This document shows, piece after piece, positions 57,829 through 64,000 of a stretch of DNA of 64,000 nt. A program made the position numbers and the translations under genes. The notes beneath the pieces were generated by a model, which did not search any database, was not told the DNA's origin, and saw only the letters and a list, made by a program, of their open reading frames with translations. Position 1 is the first letter of the stretch, and the number at the start of each line of letters is the position of its first letter. The stretch spans positions 153,256-217,255 of the forward strand of contig CAZVGS010000001.1 in the NCBI GenBank assembly GCA_964627245.1, written 5' to 3'. This stretch comes from an uncultured Gammaproteobacteria bacterium. GTDB lineage: Bacteria; Patescibacteriota; Microgenomatia; Levybacterales; GWA1-39-11.

Positions 57829-60630
57829 TTATGAAAGTTTCACCTCAAAGGTGGTTGATTTGGTAAGTTTTGAAACTAAAGCCTTTTTCTTAATTTCCTC
57901 TTCATAGGCTTCCGGCCAAAAGGGGGCTTCAACTTCAACTTTTTGTGTAAGCGTTGTGCCGATCTCTTTTCTCTTTTTTTGAATGTTACGGATGATATCC
58001 CTTGCCTGGCCAGCCTCAATATTCTGGTTGTTCTCACCAGGATCTCCGGATACTTCATACTGTGGCTGTTCTTTTTTAAGTTCAAGAGATTCTATATTGG
58101 TTTCGCTTTTAACAATTTCAAGTACTTCATCCGAAAGCTTAAAACCTGAGTATTCAATTTTTTTTAGAGGAATTTTCACCTTTATTCCATTTTGCTTTCT
58201 GAATGCATTAAGACAAGTCGACAACTCCTGGGCCTTTTTCATTTCAAATTCAAGATCAGGATTTACCAAATCCCCATTAAACTCCGGCCACAATTCAAGA
58301 TGCACTGACTCTTTCCCCGTCAGATTTCTAAATATCTCCTCTGATATGAAGGGTGTAATCGGTGCAATTAGAAGGGAAAGCTTCTGCAAGACTGCGTTTG
58401 TTGTATGGTAAAAATCATTGCTGTCATTTTTATCCTCTACGCTCGGTCCAACCCGGTCCCGCGAGCGCCGTATATACCAAGTAGACAGTTCATCAATAAA
58501 CTTCTTAACCGCATTTATTGCATTAACTGTATTGTATTGATCTAGCTCCTTCGTAACCTCTTTTACGAGATTGTTCAAAAGTGATATTATCCATCGGTCT
58601 AACGGATTTTTGATCTCAAAATCCATAGCATCATTCCAATCGTCGATATTTGCATAAGTTACAAAAAAATTATAAATATTCCATAAAATCAGCAGTGATC
58701 CTCTAACTTGATCGCGGTAATCAACCTCAGATATCCTAATATCTTCTCCATTCATAACCGGTGACCCTAGAAGATACATACGCAGAGCATCTCCTCCGTA
58801 TTCTTCAATTAATTTTTTTGGGTCAGGAAAATTTCCGTAGTTTTTGCTCATCTTGCGGCCATCAGTTCCGAGAATGACACCCTCAACTACAACATTCTTA
58901 AAGGCCGGTGAATCATACAAAGCACAGCCAATAACTTGAAGAACGTAAAACCATGCTCTAATTTGCCCGGTATATTCCGCAATAAAATCAGGAGGGTAAA
59001 AATTCTCAAGTTTCTCACCTGATTCAAATGGATAATGTCTTTCAGCAAAAGACGCACTTCCAGCTTCAATCCAACTATCGAGCACTTCTTGTACTCTTTT
59101 TGCATTTCGATCACATTTTTTGCACTTTATTTCTATAGTGTCAATGATGGGTTTGTGCAGATCGGCTACTTTTGAACCAGACAATTGTTCTAATTCTTTG
59201 ATCGATTCAGGAACATATCTTTCACCACACTCACATTCCCAAACAGGAACGGGGCTTCCCCAATATCTGCTTCTTGAAATATTCCAATCCGGAGCATTTT
59301 CCAAACTCTTGGCAAATCTCCCTTTTTTGAAATGACCGGGATACCAATTCACAGTTTCATTAGTTTTTTGAAGTCTCTCCTTCAAATTCTGAATATTCAC
59401 ATACCATGCGTTTTGAGGATTGTAAAACAGCCTGGTTGAACACCTCCAGCAGTGCGGCACATTATGAGGTAGATCGCTATCGCTATAAACAAGGCCACGT
59501 GCGTCAAGATCTTCATTTACAGACTTATTCGCATCTAAATAAAACATCCCCCCAAACTTTGGAACATCAGAATTTATTACTCCCTCATCATCAACTAAAA
59601 ATTCGAGGTGGATGTTATCCCTTTGCATAACTCCCAAATCTTCCTCACCATAAACTGCAATAGTCACTATCCCGGTACCTTCATCGGAAGTAACAAAGTC
59701 TCCCGCTATGACAATAAAAGCTTTCTTACCCTCATCAACCTTATAATAGTCGTAATGAGGAATAAACTCTTTACCCAATAGATCTTTGCCTTCGAATTCT
59801 TCCGCAATTTCATAAGGTGCGTCGTTAAGCATTTTAACTGTGTCTTTTGCAAGAATATAAAACTCATCTCCCTGCTTAATTTTTATATAAGAAAGCTTTG
59901 GATTTACAGCTAAAGCGGGAGTAACGATTTTATTCCAGGGAGTTGTCGACCAAGCAAGAAAAAAAGTGTTTTCTTTCCCCTTTAATTGATATTTGTAGGT
60001 TGTTGCTGCGTCGGGAATAACTTTATAATTGTCTTGATCCATAGCTACCTCAAAATTTGATATTGGAGTTGAACAATGGGGACAATACAAAGAAACTCTT
60101 AGCCCCTTATAAATATGTCCGCCCTTGTACATTTGGGAAAAAACCCACATGACGGATTCCATATATGACAAATCCCACGTTCTGTATGCGTTCTTAAAAT
60201 CCACCCACCTTCCGATTTTATCTATGTACCATTCCCACTCTCCTGAAACCTCCTCGACATACCTTTTACATTCCGCGATGAATTTGTCTACTCCAACATG
60301 TTCTTCAATATCCTTTTTTCTTTTTATATGAAGTTTTCCTTCAACCTTGTTCTCAATTGGAAGTCCATGGCCATCCCATCCCCAAACCCGCCTAACCCTA
60401 TAGCCTTTCATTGTGTAATATCTTCCAAAAAGATCCTTCGGCAGTGATGAGAGTAAGGATCCGTAGTGAGGCATTCCGGTTACAAATGGTGGGCCGTCAA
60501 GAAAAGTCCACTTTTTACCCTCAGGTCTTGCCAATACTGATTTTTCAAAAATTTTATTGTCTTTCCAGTATTTTGTAACACTATCCTCCATTTCGGAGAA
60601 ATTTACCTTGGGGCTTACAGCTTTGAACAT
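57829..60630 (-). CDS. ileS: Isoleucine--tRNA ligase, type 2
   Basis: FLDGPPF.TG.PHYGS, GWDGHGLPIE, WSTTPW, DWNISRSRYWG, QIRAWFY and KMSKN; no C-terminal Zn finger. Confidence 0.96.
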   Translation of the reverse strand: MFKAVSPKVNFSEMEDSVTKYWKDNKIFEKSVLARPEGKKWTFLDGPPFVTGMPHYGSLLSSLPKDLFGRYYTMKGYRVRRVWGWDGHGLPIENKVEGKLHIKRKKDIEEHVGVDKFIAECKRYVEEVSGEWEWYIDKIGRWVDFKNAYRTWDLSYMESVMWVFSQMYKGGHIYKGLRVSLYCPHCSTPISNFEVAMDQDNYKVIPDAATTYKYQLKGKENTFFLAWSTTPWNKIVTPALAVNPKLSYIKIKQGDEFYILAKDTVKMLNDAPYEIAEEFEGKDLLGKEFIPHYDYYKVDEGKKAFIVIAGDFVTSDEGTGIVTIAVYGEEDLGVMQRDNIHLEFLVDDEGVINSDVPKFGGMFYLDANKSVNEDLDARGLVYSDSDLPHNVPHCWRCSTRLFYNPQNAWYVNIQNLKERLQKTNETVNWYPGHFKKGRFAKSLENAPDWNISRSRYWGSPVPVWECECGERYVPESIKELEQLSGSKVADLHKPIIDTIEIKCKKCDRNAKRVQEVLDSWIEAGSASFAERHYPFESGEKLENFYPPDFIAEYTGQIRAWFYVLQVIGCALYDSPAFKNVVVEGVILGTDGRKMSKNYGNFPDPKKLIEEYGGDALRMYLLGSPVMNGEDIRISEVDYRDQVRGSLLILWNIYNFFVTYANIDDWNDAMDFEIKNPLDRWIISLLNNLVKEVTKELDQYNTVNAINAVKKFIDELSTWYIRRSRDRVGPSVEDKNDSNDFYHTTNAVLQKLSLLIAPITPFISEEIFRNLTGKESVHLELWPEFNGDLVNPDLEFEMKKAQELSTCLNAFRKQNGIKVKIPLKKIEYSGFKLSDEVLEIVKSETNIESLELKKEQPQYEVSGDPGENNQNIEAGQARDIIRNIQKKRKEIGTTLTQKVEVEAPFWPEAYEEEIKKKALVSKLTKSTTFEVKLS

Positions 60631-60639
60631 ATGGGTTCA

Positions 60640-60668
60640 ATTTTAGCCGAAAAGCTGATTTAGTTCAA
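60640..60668 (-). promoter_or_regulatory. Sigma70 promoter for ileS-rodA
   Basis: Minus strand TTGAAC-N17-TAAAAT; 9 nt to the ATG, leaving no room for a T-box. Confidence 0.6.
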
Positions 60669-60680
60669 GAAGATCAAAGA

Positions 60681-60848
60681 CTATTTTGAAGTGCTAACAC
60701 CTGCAACCTCTGAAGGTGTTTTTATAGTTTGAGCCTTGAGTATAAAAAGAGCCTCAAAAACAATAAAAAGCAGCAAAAAACTCAAAAACATAAGCTTAGT
60801 ATTTGAGAGTCTTTTCTTGGGATGCTTCTTTACTTTTTTATTCGGCAT
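60681..60848 (-). CDS. 55-aa single-TM small protein (not in the ORF track)
   Basis: My translation: MPNKKVKKHPKKRLSNTKLMFLSFLLLFIVFEALFILKAQTIKTPSEVAGVSTSK*. Own promoter TTGACA-N18-TAAAGT, 7 nt from the ATG. Confidence 0.65.
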   Translation of the reverse strand: MPNKKVKKHPKKRLSNTKLMFLSFLLLFIVFEALFILKAQTIKTPSEVAGVSTSK

Positions 60849-60890
60849 ATAAATAACTTTAGAACTTTTAAGAGACGCTTGTCAACTCGG

Positions 60891-61748
60891 TTAGAGAATT
60901 TCACTTTCTTCGGTGTTTTCTTGACCAAGAATATACACATCCGCTCCGTATTCATCCTGGCCAACAAGCTCAGCTCCTCCTTTTATTAAGGTTTCCAAAT
61001 CACTACAGCTGCGGCAGCCATTGAAAGGACATGAGAATTTCTGAAGTGATCTTGCGAGTTTTATCTTGCGTGCAATCTCCAAGACTTTCTTATATGCAAG
61101 GCCGTAATCCGGAAGAATGCATTCGGAGAGATCGTCATTGCGCTCTATGTACCAGTAGCTGGCTTTTTCGATTTTCCTGTTTTGGCAATTTGTTGCAAGA
61201 AGTAAATAAATAGGCAACTGCAGTGAATCATCATCTTCATCCTTCTTGCCTGTCTTAAAATCAATTATATGAATACTATCATTTTCGGGAATATATTCAA
61301 GCCAGTCTAACTTACCGCAAAGAATAATGCCCTCTTCCTCAGATAGCCAGAAATTAGGCAAGTCCATTTTTATCTTGACTGCCTGCCTTTTTATTAGACC
61401 GGGATTTTTTGTTACCCTTCTTAGCATTTCTTCACCTCTTTCTTTATAGATTCTTTCTGTGTTTGCAGAAAGAAATCCTCCTTTTTTTCCCGCAATTTTT
61501 TTCCAAGAGTTTTCAAATAGTTCAAGAAGGGGTGTATCAAAGCGTTTATCCACCGGAAGAATTGAAAGACTTTCGATAACCTCATGAACAGCCTGTCCCA
61601 AAGCTAACGGTGGCATCATAATCTTTACCTTATGCCCCGTTAGAGGATCTTTATAGACGTGTTTGAGAAAATACGACCTGGGACATTTATTGAAGTCTGA
61701 GATTGATGTATGAGAAACCCAAGTTGCGGAATATTTATCCTGCTGCAT
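60891..61748 (-). CDS. PD-(D/E)XK RecB/Cas4-like nuclease, stand-alone
   Basis: S.TSI..F..CPR.Y, G..VH, GKLDWL, IIDFKTG, QL.IY and C-terminal CPFNGCRSC. Confidence 0.85.
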   Translation of the reverse strand: MQQDKYSATWVSHTSISDFNKCPRSYFLKHVYKDPLTGHKVKIMMPPLALGQAVHEVIESLSILPVDKRFDTPLLELFENSWKKIAGKKGGFLSANTERIYKERGEEMLRRVTKNPGLIKRQAVKIKMDLPNFWLSEEEGIILCGKLDWLEYIPENDSIHIIDFKTGKKDEDDDSLQLPIYLLLATNCQNRKIEKASYWYIERNDDLSECILPDYGLAYKKVLEIARKIKLARSLQKFSCPFNGCRSCSDLETLIKGGAELVGQDEYGADVYILGQENTEESEIL

Positions 61749-61821
61749 AGAATGTATCTTCTAAGATATACTTAAAAAGACCGCAAAGCAAGGTCTATCG
61801 CACAAAATGTATAATTAAGCT

Positions 61822-62196
61822 ATGAAAATAAATGATATTGTATTTACCAATCATTCTATCCAGAGGTTAAAAGAGAGGGGAATAACAGGAGAGATGGTGT
61901 GGCAAACGGTAAAAACACCAGATGTTAAGTCTCCCGGCAAAGAAAAACACACCACTGAATTTATAAAAAAAATAGGTGATAGAAAAGTTAGCTGTATTGG
62001 CAAGAAAAATTACATAGGAGAATGGGTTATTTTATCTGCCTGGATGGATCCGCCGCTTGAGGGAACCAAAGATCACAAAAAGCGCGCATCTTACCTTAAA
62101 GGACTTGAGAAAGAGAAGGAGTATTCAAGAAAAATTAAAGAAGCTTCTTTTTTAGGAAAACTGTGGTTAACTTTTAAGAAACAGGCAGGATTTTAA
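61822..62196 (+). CDS. DUF4258-like small protein
   Basis: FTNHS.QRL.ERGI and W.ILSAW pattern; TATAAT 6 nt before the ATG. Confidence 0.65.
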   Translation: MKINDIVFTNHSIQRLKERGITGEMVWQTVKTPDVKSPGKEKHTTEFIKKIGDRKVSCIGKKNYIGEWVILSAWMDPPLEGTKDHKKRASYLKGLEKEKEYSRKIKEASFLGKLWLTFKKQAGF

Positions 62197-62198
62197 TA

Positions 62199-63272
62199 TT
62201 GTTTTTGATGGATCACTCAAAAAAAAGCACTTATCTATTTTCGATTGATGCCTTAAGGGTAATTGCAATACTTGCAGTTATTTTTATACACCAAACAACC
62301 ATAACTCTGCAAATATTAAATCACAATGTGTCGGCAGCACCATTTTCTTTATTGTTTAACCAAGCTTCCCGATTTGCAGTACCATTGTTTTTTTTGATTT
62401 CAGGATATGTTCTGGAGTTGAATAATAAAAATCACTTTTCATATCCTGTTTTTTTTAAAAAAAGAGCATCAAGAATACTAGTACCTTTTATATTTTGGAG
62501 TGGATTATATTTTTATATCGGGCACAAATTCAATATCGAAAGTCTTTTTAGCTTCCGTTTTATTGAGGATTTAGTTACTGGGCAATCAGCATATCATCTT
62601 TATTTCATACCAACACTAATTATTTTTTATCTGTTATTTCCATTTCTTCATAAAATTTTAACGTATATAAAAAATCCCCTATTTTTCATTTTAATTTTTG
62701 TTTTTCAAATTGTCATTGCTTTTTACAATTACTACGTACAATCCATACCTGTTCATCAGGATCTACAGGTTGCAATACTTGTCTTTTCTATGTTTTTTAT
62801 AGGCATGGCATCAAGTCATTATAAAGATCAAATCTTCAGTTTTACAAAAAAATACCTTTTATTCTTATCTATTATCCTGCTTGGAGTTACCGCATATATT
62901 TATATACATGTGTATGATTTGACTGTAAGATTCCAAACAACAAGCTTTATTTATAATCAATACGGTCCTCTACATTACATACATACTGTCCTTTTTGCAC
63001 TTGTTCTTTCATATATTATTGAAAAAAAACAAATTCTGAAGAGATTTTTTATTATACTTTCAAAACTTTCTTTTTTTGTTTTTTTTATTCACGTTCTGAT
63101 ACTACAGAACGTACGGATTGGTGTAATAAACGGCTTAATTGAAAAAGGTGGAAACGGCTTCTTAAAAAATTTTTGGTTTGATCCGCTTATTTTTATTTTA
63201 GTGTGCTCTATTTCATTTTTGATTGCATTTACTGTTCACAAAATTCCCTATGCCTCAAAAATCACAGGATAA
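62199..63272 (+). CDS. Acyltransferase-3 (OafA/WecH-like) membrane O-acyltransferase
   Basis: IDALRVIAILAVIFIH, RFAVPLFFLISG, KKR..RI..P, YHLYF and SFFVFFIH. Confidence 0.88.
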   Translation: MFLMDHSKKSTYLFSIDALRVIAILAVIFIHQTTITLQILNHNVSAAPFSLLFNQASRFAVPLFFLISGYVLELNNKNHFSYPVFFKKRASRILVPFIFWSGLYFYIGHKFNIESLFSFRFIEDLVTGQSAYHLYFIPTLIIFYLLFPFLHKILTYIKNPLFFILIFVFQIVIAFYNYYVQSIPVHQDLQVAILVFSMFFIGMASSHYKDQIFSFTKKYLLFLSIILLGVTAYIYIHVYDLTVRFQTTSFIYNQYGPLHYIHTVLFALVLSYIIEKKQILKRFFIILSKLSFFVFFIHVLILQNVRIGVINGLIEKGGNGFLKNFWFDPLIFILVCSISFLIAFTVHKIPYASKITG

Positions 63273-64000
63273 AATTATTTTAGGCTCTAAAAGAAAAAAA
63301 CAGTTCTCTCAGGGGGATAGCAAAGCAGTCCGGGCAGACAAATTGCTTTCGTCACTAGGTCTTTGCTCTAGGCGTGGCGTGGAAGAATACATAAAAAAAC
63401 ACAAAGTTACATCAGATAATATGCGAATAATCGAACACGGTCAAAGAATTCCATTCAAGGGAATTATTAAAATTGACGGAAGAGAAATTAGAAAGCCAAA
63501 GAAAGTCTATTATTTACTCAACAAACCCAAAGGAATTGTTTCAACGGCGTCCGATGAATTCAGAAGAAAAAATGTTGTTGATCTTATTAAAACGGACGAC
63601 CGCATATTTCCCATTGGAAGACTTGACCGAAACACCCATGGGCTTTTGATTCTCACTAATGACGGAAGCCTTACAAACATGCTAATCCATCCAAAGTATC
63701 ATATTGGGAAAGTATATATTCTTAAAATTAAAGGGCAAGTTTCAAGTAATCAACTCGAAAAATTAGAGAAAGGAATTGAACTTGCGGATGGAATGACTGC
63801 CCCTGCAAAAGTAAATGTTTTGCAGATAAGAAAAGACGGCACATTTTTGGAGTTAACTATTTATGAAGGACGAAAGAGACAGATCAGAAGAATGTGCGAA
63901 GAGATAAAGCTAAATTTAGTGGATCTTGAAAGAGTAAGATTTGGCAATATAGAGCTGGGCGATCTAAAGACAGGTGAATACAGAGAGCTTACAGGAAAAG
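63250..64000 (+). CDS. RsuA/RluB-family rRNA pseudouridine synthase (3' truncated by window edge)
   Basis: Frame is open from ATG 63250: S4-like VRADKLLSSLGLCSRR, LNKPKG, PIGRLD (catalytic Asp), LLILTNDG and EGRKRQIRRM. Confidence 0.9.
   Translation, partial: MPQKSQDKIILGSKRKKQFSQGDSKAVRADKLLSSLGLCSRRGVEEYIKKHKVTSDNMRIIEHGQRIPFKGIIKIDGREIRKPKKVYYLLNKPKGIVSTASDEFRRKNVVDLIKTDDRIFPIGRLDRNTHGLLILTNDGSLTNMLIHPKYHIGKVYILKIKGQVSSNQLEKLEKGIELADGMTAPAKVNVLQIRKDGTFLELTIYEGRKRQIRRMCEEIKLNLVDLERVRFGNIELGDLKTGEYRELTGK

Noticed and set aside
60689-60697. AAGTGCTAA resembling a CIRCE half-site
   Set aside because: No matching second arm at 9-nt spacing, and it lies inside the 55-aa ORF.
60891-61748. CRISPR-Cas locus suggested by the Cas4-like gene
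   Set aside because: No repeat-spacer array or other cas genes seen in the window.

Overview
Chromosomal window from a low-GC, gene-dense bacterium. Gene content and style (short intergenic spaces, MurT/GatD, type-2 IleRS, shortened ATP synthase delta, many GT-C membrane proteins) suggest Patescibacteria/CPR, probably Microgenomates; this is inference. The left arm (1-26.5 kb) is mostly housekeeping: typA (partial), a 7TM protein plus an ATP-grasp ligase fused to an aspartyl protease, a divergent bL19, pyrG, two paralogous 2-TM proteins, tRNA-Gly(CCC), a LysM protein, tRNA-Asp(GTC), polX-PHP, lemA-htpX, murT-gatD, gatCAB, an orphan nucleotidyltransferase, dnaE and a complete atpBEFHAGDC operon. 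The middle (26.5-54.4 kb) is a ~28 kb surface-glycosylation region with an O-antigen-ligase-like protein, Wzx, GT2 and GT4 enzymes, about six GT-C-like polytopic proteins, a WbjB/RmlD-like/WbjD pathway and two NDP-sugar C-methyltransferases. The right arm has lepB with a CIRCE-like operator, parB, rpmA-rplU, rodA, ileS, a solo Cas4/RecB-like nuclease, a DUF4258-like protein, an acyltransferase-3 and a partial pseudouridine synthase. I saw no CRISPR array, rRNA, transposase, integrase or prophage. Most notable: the ligase-protease fusion module, small membrane proteins repeatedly paired with GT-C genes (one is a 34-aa ORF missing from the ORF track), pervasive leaderless promoters, a CIRCE with no chaperone gene next to it, an orphan NTase, an IleRS HIGH-motif variant (HYGS) and an ~85-aa insertion in ATP synthase subunit a. 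All family calls come from motif recognition by eye, with no database searches.
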